Shown here: one piece after another, positions 47,639-56,925 of the stretch
Position numbering within the stretch: the stretch's first letter is position 1
Layout of the letters: each line of letters opens with the position of its first letter
Assembly: GCA_040218735.1 (NCBI GenBank)
Contig: JAVJQW010000023.1
Span: forward strand, 480,001-544,000
Reading direction: 5' to 3'
Source of the DNA: Deltaproteobacteria bacterium
Lineage (GTDB): Bacteria; Myxococcota; Kuafuiibacteriia; Kuafuiibacteriales; Kuafuiibacteriaceae
Length of the DNA: 64,000 bases
Program-made: the position numbers and the translations under genes
Notes under the pieces: model-generated
The model's database searches: none
What the model was told of the DNA's origin: nothing
What the model saw: the letters and a program-made list of their open reading frames with translations, nothing else

Positions 47639-50598
47639 CAGCCGTCGAGGCGCTTCTCGAGCGCCGCCAGGCGGGCCTCCATCGCGTCGAGACGCTCCGC
47701 CATCTTGGCCGCGACGGCGCGCGTTCCACCGGGGTCGACCGCGACGAGGCAACGCACCCTTCGCACCTCTTCACTCGCGTCACCGTCGATCGCTCGGCCG
47801 ACGACTCGCGAGAGGTCGCGAGGTCGCAGATCTTCCTCCTCGATCGCGGTCGCACATCCGTCGTGGTCGCCGGACGCGACCAAGAGCATCCCGGCGCGAA
47901 CCGGGCCCCGGGTTCGAACGTCGACCTGCCCTAGGAACGCCACCAGCGCGTGTCGCTGACGATCGTCACCAGGGTCGTTGCCCGCGACCAAGGCCTGGTC
48001 CGTGACGACCGCGACCGCGGACGACGCGCCGATCCGGCGCGACGCCCCTCGCGCCCCGAAGCACACGACATCCCCCGGCTCGAGCGCCTCCGACGGGTCG
48101 GCCCGCGGAACCCACTCGGCATAGTCGGCGCCGGGCCCCGTGACTCGCACGCTCCCGCCGAACCCTTCGATGCGGCCGACGGGCCCCCCCGTACCGAAGA
48201 ACGTGACGAAGTTGTTGTTCCCGTTTGGAGCCGCGCGGTTCACACGTAGCGCGAGGACACTCGACGTCCCCGTGTTGCGGTTTTCGATGAACGCCACGTG
48301 GTCGTTGGTGCTCGAGCCGTCTCCAGGCCGGTCGTCGCGAACGTGAAGACGGTTGGCCGGCGCCACCGTACCGACCCCGACGTCGGCGCCCGCACACGCC
48401 ACGGCGGCGAGTCCGCGACTCACGAGTCGCATCGTATCCGTCGCACGATCCAGCTCGAGCCGTCCCCGTTCGACGCCGGCGATCGACATGCGAAGATCCG
48501 GGTCGCCCCCGCCCGAAGAGTCCAGCACCAGCTCCGGGTTGGGGTTGCGGACGTGAATCGACACGTTCGGCGCGCTCGTACCCACCCCCAACCGACCCTG
48601 ATCAGTGATCACGACGCGCTCTTCCTCCGGCCGCGTCTCATGGATCGTGACGTCACCGCCACGCGGCCGGAGATGAAGCCGATCGCGCTCGCAGGACAAG
48701 GCGGTGACACCGTCGTGCTCCAGCTCCGTCTGTTGAGAAGCGCGACTCCACGTGAGCTTGCTCTTCTGCGTTCGGTCGTCCTGGAACCGAACGGCGGGTG
48801 AGTAGATCGACCCCGGCAGACAGTCGAGGATGACGTCGGGATCGTCCGCGTGCACCTCGATCGCTACGAGCGGGTTCTCGGTGCCGATGCCGAAGTACCC
48901 GCTGGGGAGGATGACGACGTGTGACGACATCGCGGCCAACGCCTCGTGGAAGAGAATCGTTCCGTCGCCATCGACCGTGACGTGATTCCTCGAACCGGCT
49001 CCGAAGCGAAGTTTGTCCTCGTCGTGGAAGTAGTCGACGTAGCCCCGATGGCGTTGGTCGCCCGCGGTACCGTCCGCGAAGTGGATGTGTCCGGCCGCGT
49101 TCGATCCGCTCTTGATCGTGAGCCCCGAGTTCTCGTCGTCGCGCGCGATGACGAGGTCGGACGCGGTCGGATCGAACGCTCCCGGATCGTCCGTGCCGAC
49201 GCCGACGCGCTGCCGATCCGGGTTCGTCACGAAATGGACGAACTCTCGAGAGTCGGTCGCAAAGCTCATCCCATTGTCCGCGTGGTCGTAGACGATGCGG
49301 CCACGCTTCGCGTTCGGATCTCCGGGCCCGTCGCCGAAGAAGAGGTTGCTCGTCTTGGCCGCACCCGCGGAGATCGTGACGCCAGTGTCCCCGGCGCCGT
49401 TCACGACGAGATCGTCGGCGGCCCCGTCGAACGCCGTGGGATCGGGCGCACCGATTCCAACCTTGCCTCCCCCGGTGACCACCACCTTCGGGGCGAGTGG
49501 ATCTTCGGGCGGGTCGGCCTGGTTGCCGATGACGAGGCGGTTGTCGTCGGGGTTGGCGTCGTCGGCACGACCAATCGCGAGCTCGAGATCCTCACCGCCC
49601 AGTCCGCCGGCCGCGGCGCGCCGGAGGAAGAGCGGTACGTCGCGCGTACGTCCGCCGTCGGCGCGGAACTCGACGCTCGTACCCCACATGCGCACGTGGC
49701 CGAGGCCCCGGAGGTTGCCTTCGACCCAGACGAGGTCCTCCACGCCTACGGGCTCGTCGGCGCTGGCCGGGTCCGCAGGATCCGGACCGGTGAGGTCCTG
49801 CTGCTGCACCCGATGCCCCGCGCAGAGCTGTTCGGTCGTGAGGAGAGGATCGGTCGGCGCCGTGCGGGAGCGCAGACGGATCAAACCGTCTGCGGCCTGC
49901 ACACCTTCGACGACGACGCCGGCGTAGACACGAATTCGTCGAGCGTCGAGTTTGTCGACGGGGAGCGGTTTGACGAACTGCCCAGTCCCGCCGGGCGGCC
50001 CGGCCTGCCAGCGCACGATCCCGATGGGCACCAACCACTCGGGCGGCTTGTCGTCCGGCGGGAAGTCCTGGTGGGGGACCGACGCGTCGCAGAGGACCAG
50101 GTCCCGATCTTCCAAGAGGTCGCGCGGATCGCTCTCGAGCACCCCCGCGACCTCGACGCCTCCCTGCTGTTGGATGAACGGCCGCGACCCCACGACGATC
50201 TGGGTCGCCTCGTGGATGCGGATGAACTCGTCCGCCGCTCGGCAGACTTCGAAGCCCGGTCGCACCGTTCGCCCCGGCGTCTCGACGAGGCGAAGCCATA
50301 CGGGATAGGCACCGTCGCCCTGCCCATCCAGCGCCGAAATGGGAATGGGTTTCGGCGCCATCACCATCAACGTGCGACCGTACCCATCCCACGCCAGGCC
50401 CGGGCTGACGACGATCTCGATCGTCGACTCACGTTCGATCAATTCGATGTCCAGGCCCATCGCGATGCCCCAGGTGTGGCCGGCGAGTGCGTGGCGGCGC
50501 AGGGCGCTGCGGGTGTAGTCGAGTAGCGCTTCGAGATCCTGGGCGCTCAGGTACTGCCCCTCGAAGAAGCTCGGTCGTTCCTCGAAGACCGCCGACAT
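47638..50598 (-). CDS. eCIS tail fibre protein (Afp13-like) with C-terminal intramolecular chaperone-like domain
   Basis: Repeated G.[VL]G[IV]GT..P....[HD] fibre repeats, GADYAEW..LEPGDVV..GQV.V chaperone-like domain, and terminal coiled coil. Confidence 0.75.
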   Translation of the reverse strand: MSAVFEERPSFFEGQYLSAQDLEALLDYTRSALRRHALAGHTWGIAMGLDIELIERESTIEIVVSPGLAWDGYGRTLMVMAPKPIPISALDGQGDGAYPVWLRLVETPGRTVRPGFEVCRAADEFIRIHEATQIVVGSRPFIQQQGGVEVAGVLESDPRDLLEDRDLVLCDASVPHQDFPPDDKPPEWLVPIGIVRWQAGPPGGTGQFVKPLPVDKLDARRIRVYAGVVVEGVQAADGLIRLRSRTAPTDPLLTTEQLCAGHRVQQQDLTGPDPADPASADEPVGVEDLVWVEGNLRGLGHVRMWGTSVEFRADGGRTRDVPLFLRRAAAGGLGGEDLELAIGRADDANPDDNRLVIGNQADPPEDPLAPKVVVTGGGKVGIGAPDPTAFDGAADDLVVNGAGDTGVTISAGAAKTSNLFFGDGPGDPNAKRGRIVYDHADNGMSFATDSREFVHFVTNPDRQRVGVGTDDPGAFDPTASDLVIARDDENSGLTIKSGSNAAGHIHFADGTAGDQRHRGYVDYFHDEDKLRFGAGSRNHVTVDGDGTILFHEALAAMSSHVVILPSGYFGIGTENPLVAIEVHADDPDVILDCLPGSIYSPAVRFQDDRTQKSKLTWSRASQQTELEHDGVTALSCERDRLHLRPRGGDVTIHETRPEEERVVITDQGRLGVGTSAPNVSIHVRNPNPELVLDSSGGGDPDLRMSIAGVERGRLELDRATDTMRLVSRGLAAVACAGADVGVGTVAPANRLHVRDDRPGDGSSTNDHVAFIENRNTGTSSVLALRVNRAAPNGNNNFVTFFGTGGPVGRIEGFGGSVRVTGPGADYAEWVPRADPSEALEPGDVVCFGARGASRRIGASSAVAVVTDQALVAGNDPGDDRQRHALVAFLGQVDVRTRGPVRAGMLLVASGDHDGCATAIEEEDLRPRDLSRVVGRAIDGDASEEVRRVRCLVAVDPGGTRAVAAKMAERLDAMEARLAALEKRLDG

Positions 50599-50600
50599 GA

Positions 50601-52340
50601 CTAGCGACTCCCTTCGAGCTTCTTCTCGAGCTCTTCGATCTTGCGCCCTTGGGACTCGACGAGACGAGTGAGGCGCTCCAGGAGAACGCGTTCATCGACG
50701 CGTGACTTCAGCTTCGACATCTCCTCATCCTGCGTCGACGCCTCCTTGCGGAGCTTCTCCACGTCATCCCGGATCTGGTCTGTCGAGAGCACGGCACCAA
50801 GTCCTTGCGCCAGCCCGTCCTCGGCGTCCTTACCGACGTGCTTCATCACCTTCGCCGCGACGCGCAGAACGCCGTCGATCCCGGCGCCGGCGAAGGCGGG
50901 ACGCGCGATGCGTTCGAACAACATCAGCTGCGGGAGCAGGGCTCGGTCGTTGGCGTCCAGGTAGAGCGCTTCGCCGTTGACGCTCTGCCCCATGAGCCCC
51001 GCCGAGAAGGCTCGACCGTTGAACTCCGCCGGATCACGTTGGAGAGAGTTCGAGATCACGATCCGTTGCTTCCCGAGCTTCTCTTCGCCGTCGTAGCCCG
51101 CGGGCGGATCCTCCATCCGGAACTTTTCGGGCTCCCCGGGACAACACAGCTGGTGAAAGAGTGTTCGCACGAGCCGAGCGATGCCGAACGGCGCCAGCCA
51201 GTACCTCAGGTTCGGCATCGTCATCGCGACCTTCCGCAACGGCGTCCAGTTGCAAACGCTCAACACCGAGCACGCGGCGCCACGCCGCACTCGCACCGAC
51301 GCCAGCGGGACGCGACGATCGTGCGTCGGAGCCGGGCACGCCGGGAGCAAGGCGCCGCACAGGCAGTCGAGCGCGATCCGTTCGACGACCCGGAGCAACG
51401 CTTCGGCGGTTGCTTCGAAGAGCGCCCCGAAGTTCACCGCATCTTCGCGCGGACACTCGATCGCCTTCAGCTCCGCGAGGAGGCCGCAATCGTAGCCGGG
51501 GCTGTTCATCAAGTGCGATGCGAGCATCTGCTTCGTCGCACGCGCCCACGAGTTCCACGCAGCCGGCTGCGCGTCGTAGTTGCCGAGCGCGAAGGACCCC
51601 GGCGCATCCGGGAAGCCGTCGATGAGCGGTTGGAGACAACACGCGAACCGCTTCGCCATCGCGGCGTCCCCGAAGTCGAGCTCGAACAACGAGCCGCCCG
51701 GCTTCTTGCGTCGCTCCACCTTCGGCGCCCGGAACACCGTGTAGCGGTACGATTCGCACTGCACGGTCGGCTCGCACTCGGCAGGGGCTCGACGCGGCAT
51801 GGTCGCCGGCGGAGCAGCGGAGCTCGTCTCGCAGCTGCACGCACCGGAGCCACATCCGCCGCAGCCGCAGCTCGCCTTGCGTCGATCGGGCCCACGGAGC
51901 GGCGAGATGCCGCGCTGCGGAACCTCCGCGTACTCCAACGCGAGGATCCAATCTTCGTAGGCATCCGGACAGCTCAGGTCTGCGCCGTACGGCCGGCAGT
52001 CGACTTCGCGACGCTCACGCCCGACGCAATCGTCGATCAGACCGCAGACGTCCACCGCGTCGGGAGCGCAGACGACGATGTCGTTTCCACAGGGGTCGAT
52101 CGCGTACCCGGTGCTTACTCGCACCGAGCCGCCACACGGGTCGCAGCTCACCTCGAGACCACAGACCGTGCCCCAGTCGTGCAGCATTCGATTCCTGAGT
52201 TTGTTCTTCTCGACGATGTAGCGGTCGAGCCGCCGAAGGTCGGCCTCCGTGAGAAGTTGCCCGGCGAAGAACCGAGGGCGGCACAGACACTCCAGTGTTC
52301 CGCACTCCGCACACGCGGGTTCCTCGACGGGACACTCCAT
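50601..52340 (-). CDS. eCIS fibre/baseplate-associated Cys-rich protein with C-terminal coiled coil
   Basis: N-terminal RPRFFAGQLL..DL..HDWGTVCGLEV..GYAIDPCGNDI module shared with both neighbours. Start is uncertain (52340 or 52436). Confidence 0.65.
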   Translation of the reverse strand: MECPVEEPACAECGTLECLCRPRFFAGQLLTEADLRRLDRYIVEKNKLRNRMLHDWGTVCGLEVSCDPCGGSVRVSTGYAIDPCGNDIVVCAPDAVDVCGLIDDCVGRERREVDCRPYGADLSCPDAYEDWILALEYAEVPQRGISPLRGPDRRKASCGCGGCGSGACSCETSSAAPPATMPRRAPAECEPTVQCESYRYTVFRAPKVERRKKPGGSLFELDFGDAAMAKRFACCLQPLIDGFPDAPGSFALGNYDAQPAAWNSWARATKQMLASHLMNSPGYDCGLLAELKAIECPREDAVNFGALFEATAEALLRVVERIALDCLCGALLPACPAPTHDRRVPLASVRVRRGAACSVLSVCNWTPLRKVAMTMPNLRYWLAPFGIARLVRTLFHQLCCPGEPEKFRMEDPPAGYDGEEKLGKQRIVISNSLQRDPAEFNGRAFSAGLMGQSVNGEALYLDANDRALLPQLMLFERIARPAFAGAGIDGVLRVAAKVMKHVGKDAEDGLAQGLGAVLSTDQIRDDVEKLRKEASTQDEEMSKLKSRVDERVLLERLTRLVESQGRKIEELEKKLEGSR

Positions 52341-52448
52341 GTTCGTGCCCCAGTTGCGTCCATCATCGGCAGTACGCCATCGCGCACTCTCGACGGTTCC
52401 GCAGGCGTTGGATCGGCTCGTTCGTCGACTCGTCATCTCGTGGTCCCC

Positions 52449-54833
52449 TTACTGAAGCAACTCGAACCAGCTCTCGAAGATCCCGCCTTCGATGCCATCT
52501 CCGGTTCGATATCCCGGCGCTCCGAACCACGGCGGCAGGTGGTCCGCGTCCAACGCGGGGCCCGGTGCACGGCCCGATCTGAACTCTCGAATGAAGTTCC
52601 CGCGCACGGTGATGCGAGCCGCACGGTAGATATCCTTCGACGAGAGGTTCGCGAGTATCCAAACACCGTCGACGGCGTTTCCTGGAGGGACGCGCGGCAG
52701 ATCCTCCCCGTTCACGTTGGCGACGTCACACCGATTCGGCAGGCGCACCGGTCGAATGACCTCGAGGTCACAGTCACACCAACAGAGGTCGGCACGGTCC
52801 CCCGTGTCTCGGGGCGTCCGTATCGCGACCGAAATGGAGAAACCGTGCAGGTCGTCGGAGTACACGGGGCGGTCGAAGGCGATCAGGAATCCCGACCGCA
52901 TCACCTTGGGCAGCGAGACGGTCCCCGCGTGATCCCAGCTGATCGCGCAGATGTGCGCCAAGTCCTGCGACAGCCCGGTGCCGTCGTCGCCCTTGGGCCC
53001 TCTCAGCCCCTGAGGCCCGCGTGGTCCGGCGGGGCCCGCGAGCCCCTGCGGTCCCTGTGGACCCGCTCCCCCCGGCACACCGGGCGGACCCGGTGGGCCC
53101 TGGAGTCCAGTGCCTCCGCCCCCACCCCCGCGACAGAGGCAGCGCACCGCCTCTGCGATCGCCTGCGTGCTGGGCAGGTATCGGCGCTCCTCGGTCACGA
53201 TTCGCGCGTGGGGATCGGGGACGGGCCGAGCCCCCGGTGCCGGCATGTCGAGCACGCGGCGCCCTGGCCGGTACCCGACAATGCGGGCGAGGAGCACGCA
53301 GTCGTCGTCGCACGCCGGACACGCGGCGCCGTCCAAGATCGCGCAGCAGTCGCCGATACGAATGTCGAACACGGCGACCCCACTCGGGGCGCCGTCGACG
53401 TTGTTGGGGATCAGCACACGGGCGCCGTCGTCCATGAACGTCATCGGGCCGGCGCGGGGCCCGATCGTCACGGGTGGGATCGAAGATGGCGTCGTCCCGC
53501 GGCGCAGCGCTTGAAGGTCTACGACTTCGAACACGTGACCCGCACCGTCGTCCTCGACGACGAGCGCCGCGTGACCGCCATGGACGGCACGAGCTCGAAG
53601 GGGCTCGTGTTCCAGCGCAAACGACGCCAAGCGCGGCTCGACGGCGGTCGGATCGAGGATGTAGAGGAGCTGCGCCGCTGCGTCGACCCCCACCAGAACG
53701 TCCGGCGCCGTGCTGCGGACAACGGTGACGTCGCGGAGTGTCACTCCGGCGATCGCAGCCGTCGTGTGGCTGAGATCGACGGTCGCGAGGGTCACGAGAT
53801 CGCTGCCGTTCGCGACCGCGTACGCGCGCGTCCCGTCGCTGCTGAACTCGGCGACCGTCAACGGGTCGCCGACGTCGACCTCGTGCTGCGGCGTCGCGGG
53901 GTCCGCGACACCGACGTCCCAGCGCTTCACGATCCCGGTACCCATGACCTGAGCCATGAGACGACCGTCAGGCGCGGGGTAGAGCACGACATAGCCGGCA
54001 TCCGAGTCCGGAATCTCGCCGTCGCGGACGACGCCACCTGCAAACGCCGCGGTGTCGATCGCGGCGAGACGCCTCGGTCCCGGGTCTGCAGGATGCAGCG
54101 CCACGTAGAGCTCCGAGCCATCGGCGGCGAGCGCAATCGTGTCCGCCGGAACACCGAGGTCGAGCGTCGACTCCACCCCCATCGTGTCGAGGCGAACCCG
54201 GACGATCGTCGACGGCGCCGGGAGGTCGCGCGTCAGGACGTAGGCCAGACCGGCGTCCTCGTCGAGGACGACCTGTGTTGCGCGTTCGACGTTGAGGTCC
54301 GCGATCCGAGCGAGCTCGAGCGAAGCGCCGTGCAGGTGCCGAAGCGGCTGGTCGACCTTCGCCGTGACTTGGAACGACTCCAGGACTCGGTTCGGCGCGC
54401 AGGCCGTGTCATCACAGCCGCACTCGTCGTAGAGCACCGGGACGTCCTCCGCGTAGCACTCCCGATACTCGAGGCAGAGGTCGATCGTGTGGTCGCGATC
54501 GTCGGCGATGGCACGCACCTCGGCGAAGTCCTCGAGCACGATCGAGTCGGCGTCGACGACCATGATGTCGTGACCGCAGCAGTCGATGGCGCTCCCGGGT
54601 AACAGCTCCAGCATTCGATCCGGGCACTTGGCATGCTCGCGAACCTCGAGGCCGCACACGATCCCCGTGCCGTGCAGGCGCTGATGATGCAGCCGAATCT
54701 TCTCCACGAAGTAGCGCTGCTCATCGGTGAAGTCGCGCTCCATCATGAGCTTGCCGGTGAAGTAGTTGTTCCTCGACGGACGACTCGGCTCGCAGGTTGG
54801 ACACGTACTCTTGAACTTGGTGGTAGGCGACAT
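52449..54833 (-). CDS. eCIS fibre-like protein with beta-propeller-like region and collagen repeat
   Basis: N-terminal RNNYFTGKLM..DF..HGTGIVCGLEV..PGSAIDCCGHDI module and about 15 Gly-X-Y triplets. Confidence 0.7.
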   Translation of the reverse strand: MSPTTKFKSTCPTCEPSRPSRNNYFTGKLMMERDFTDEQRYFVEKIRLHHQRLHGTGIVCGLEVREHAKCPDRMLELLPGSAIDCCGHDIMVVDADSIVLEDFAEVRAIADDRDHTIDLCLEYRECYAEDVPVLYDECGCDDTACAPNRVLESFQVTAKVDQPLRHLHGASLELARIADLNVERATQVVLDEDAGLAYVLTRDLPAPSTIVRVRLDTMGVESTLDLGVPADTIALAADGSELYVALHPADPGPRRLAAIDTAAFAGGVVRDGEIPDSDAGYVVLYPAPDGRLMAQVMGTGIVKRWDVGVADPATPQHEVDVGDPLTVAEFSSDGTRAYAVANGSDLVTLATVDLSHTTAAIAGVTLRDVTVVRSTAPDVLVGVDAAAQLLYILDPTAVEPRLASFALEHEPLRARAVHGGHAALVVEDDGAGHVFEVVDLQALRRGTTPSSIPPVTIGPRAGPMTFMDDGARVLIPNNVDGAPSGVAVFDIRIGDCCAILDGAACPACDDDCVLLARIVGYRPGRRVLDMPAPGARPVPDPHARIVTEERRYLPSTQAIAEAVRCLCRGGGGGGTGLQGPPGPPGVPGGAGPQGPQGLAGPAGPRGPQGLRGPKGDDGTGLSQDLAHICAISWDHAGTVSLPKVMRSGFLIAFDRPVYSDDLHGFSISVAIRTPRDTGDRADLCWCDCDLEVIRPVRLPNRCDVANVNGEDLPRVPPGNAVDGVWILANLSSKDIYRAARITVRGNFIREFRSGRAPGPALDADHLPPWFGAPGYRTGDGIEGGIFESWFELLQ
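52975..53114 (-). repeat. Collagen-like Gly-X-Y repeat
   Basis: Translation reads GLQGPPGPPGVPGGAGPQGPQGLAGPAGPRGPQGLRGPKGDDGTG. Confidence 0.85.
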
Positions 54834-54846
54834 GGTCGGGGCTCCG

Positions 54847-56925
54847 CTACTCGATGATCGAAGTGAGTCCGACGCGCGCACGGCCTGCGGCGGCGCGGTC
54901 GGTGTCTTGGGGTCGGTTCGAACCGACGATGTTGGTTCCGCCCGTGTTGAACGAGGCGATGGCCGTGGGTGCGGGCGCGGCGGCGATCGCACCGTCGTAG
55001 CCGATCATCGACTGCACGCCGATGCGGTACCGAGGCTCGACCCAGCGCACGTCGACCTTCACGTGCCCCGGCGACTCGAGGTCGACGAGGCGTCGTACGG
55101 CGCGCCGATCGGCATCGGTGCGCGCCATCGCCGCAGGGAGGAAGACCGTCGCGCGGTGCGCGAAGTGGTGAAAGGGATCTCGCTTCGGGTCGCGCTCGGT
55201 AGCGAGCTTCGTCCGGCCCAAGCTCGCCGTCTCACCGAGCTGACTTCGGCCCACGATCTTCTCGCCCCAAAGGCGAGACTGATCTCCGAGCCGTCCGCCG
55301 TCGACGAACAGCCAGCGCCGGAGTTGGAAGTGTTCGAGCACCAGCGGAGGTGGACACCACCGGTCGACCGCGGGCGCGTCGCAGCGCCCGCAGGGCGGGC
55401 ACCGAGGGCAGTCGTGGTCTTGGATTCCGAGGTAGACGAGCACGGCGCGTCGGAGGCCGTCGCGCGTTCCACGTTGGGCGAACAACCGACCGGCTTCGCG
55501 TAGGTACCGACGACGACGCTCCACGGACCATGTCCGATCGAACGTGATGCCCACCCAGCTCCCGAGCCAGCTCAGAAAGTCGGGCGCACCTGCCGGCGCG
55601 CTCCGCGCGTCGAAGTAACTCGACTGGTCGTCGAGCACCTCTTCGATCTCCCGAAATCCTCGATCGAAGATCCCGAGGAATCGGTCCAGGAAGTCCGCCG
55701 AGCTCTCCTCGCCCCGATAGGCCGCGGGGAGGAAACGGCTGAGGCTGATCCTCGGCATCTCGACCCGCACCGCCTCGATCGTCGGCGTCTCGGCGCCCCC
55801 GCCCTCCAACTGGAGGGCGAGCGAGAGGTAACGTGCGCGCGACGATCGAATCGCAAAGTCGACGCGCGCCGTGTCGTCTTCGAGCGGCCCCTCGAAGACG
55901 GGTCCGGACACCCACGGAGGCGCGCCGACGGGCGGGAGCGCGTCGACGCGCGCGTGGCTCTCGGTGAGGGTCCACGCTCGAATCCGAGTCCGCTCCGGGA
56001 GCCGGAGGCGCAGCTCTACACGATCCCAGACGCAGCGCTCGATTCGGCTGTCGAGCGGCTCCGTCACCCACGAACCGAGTGACTCATAGCGAGCGCCCGT
56101 GCCCTGCGGAACTTCGGGGAGACGAACACCTTGGTCGTCGAACGCCACTTCCCCGTCGTCACAAGGGATGACGATGGACGCCCCTCGCACCTCGAACGGG
56201 AGCGCGCGGAACCGATGCGCGATCCGGTCGCGGCGCGTGACACGCTCCAAGCGCTGACCAGAGAACGACAGAACCTCGACCGCGCCGGCCCCGGGCGCCA
56301 CCACATAGATCCGACAGACTTCGTCGAGCGCGACTCCGGTGACCCCACCGAGCCCAGTGATGCTGCGAAGCAGCCGACCGCGACGGTCGAACACATGGAC
56401 CGCACCGCCCAGGGGGTCGGCCACGTAAAGCCCCTCCGGCCCCACCGCGAGTTGGCGCGGGCTCCATGCGCGACCGGAAGGCAGGGCGAAGGCGGTGCTC
56501 CGAACGAGATCAGGCAGCCGCCGAACGACGATACGATCGTCCTCGATCGCGTAGAGCGCGTCGCAGCTCACGACGATCGACCGCGTACGTTCGGAGGCCG
56601 TCGCGCACGGCACCACCTCGAACGCGCAAGTGCAGGGATCGAAGCGCAGGAATCGACGGCCCCGCGCGTCCCAGAGGTATAGCCCCCAACGTTCGTCGAA
56701 CGCGAGTCGGTCCGGAGGAACGAGCCCGGCCAGACCCGTCGCTGCGTCGTCGAGCGGCGGAACCGACGCGGCGCTCCGAGGGAGCACCAGGGCGCCCGAG
56801 ACTGGATGTGTCTCCACGGGGTTCGCGATCGACGGACGCGTCCGCCAACCCGTGCGCCCGTCCATGACGATCGCCAGCGGGTCGTGCGGCGGTCGTCGTA
56901 CGACTGGATATCGAAGCCCCGTCAT
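54847..56925 (-). CDS. Phage tail protein I-like baseplate wedge subunit with N-terminal beta-propeller
   Basis: Motif FLPAAY..FLDRFLGIFD..YFD..AP..FLSWLGSWVG..RGTRDGL (P2 gpI-like). NHL-like blades (LYVADP..VHVFDRRG). Confidence 0.82.
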   Translation of the reverse strand: MTGLRYPVVRRPPHDPLAIVMDGRTGWRTRPSIANPVETHPVSGALVLPRSAASVPPLDDAATGLAGLVPPDRLAFDERWGLYLWDARGRRFLRFDPCTCAFEVVPCATASERTRSIVVSCDALYAIEDDRIVVRRLPDLVRSTAFALPSGRAWSPRQLAVGPEGLYVADPLGGAVHVFDRRGRLLRSITGLGGVTGVALDEVCRIYVVAPGAGAVEVLSFSGQRLERVTRRDRIAHRFRALPFEVRGASIVIPCDDGEVAFDDQGVRLPEVPQGTGARYESLGSWVTEPLDSRIERCVWDRVELRLRLPERTRIRAWTLTESHARVDALPPVGAPPWVSGPVFEGPLEDDTARVDFAIRSSRARYLSLALQLEGGGAETPTIEAVRVEMPRISLSRFLPAAYRGEESSADFLDRFLGIFDRGFREIEEVLDDQSSYFDARSAPAGAPDFLSWLGSWVGITFDRTWSVERRRRYLREAGRLFAQRGTRDGLRRAVLVYLGIQDHDCPRCPPCGRCDAPAVDRWCPPPLVLEHFQLRRWLFVDGGRLGDQSRLWGEKIVGRSQLGETASLGRTKLATERDPKRDPFHHFAHRATVFLPAAMARTDADRRAVRRLVDLESPGHVKVDVRWVEPRYRIGVQSMIGYDGAIAAAPAPTAIASFNTGGTNIVGSNRPQDTDRAAAGRARVGLTSIIE

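Noticed and set aside
50805-54602. 1265-aa plus-strand ORF, and similar long ORFs such as 1604-3451, 8043-10442, 16611-18599, 23639-25081 and 25638-27218
   Set aside because: These are antisense shadows of motif-supported genes. Long stop-free opposite frames are expected at this GC content, and they are Arg/Val/Asp-biased with no recognisable motifs.
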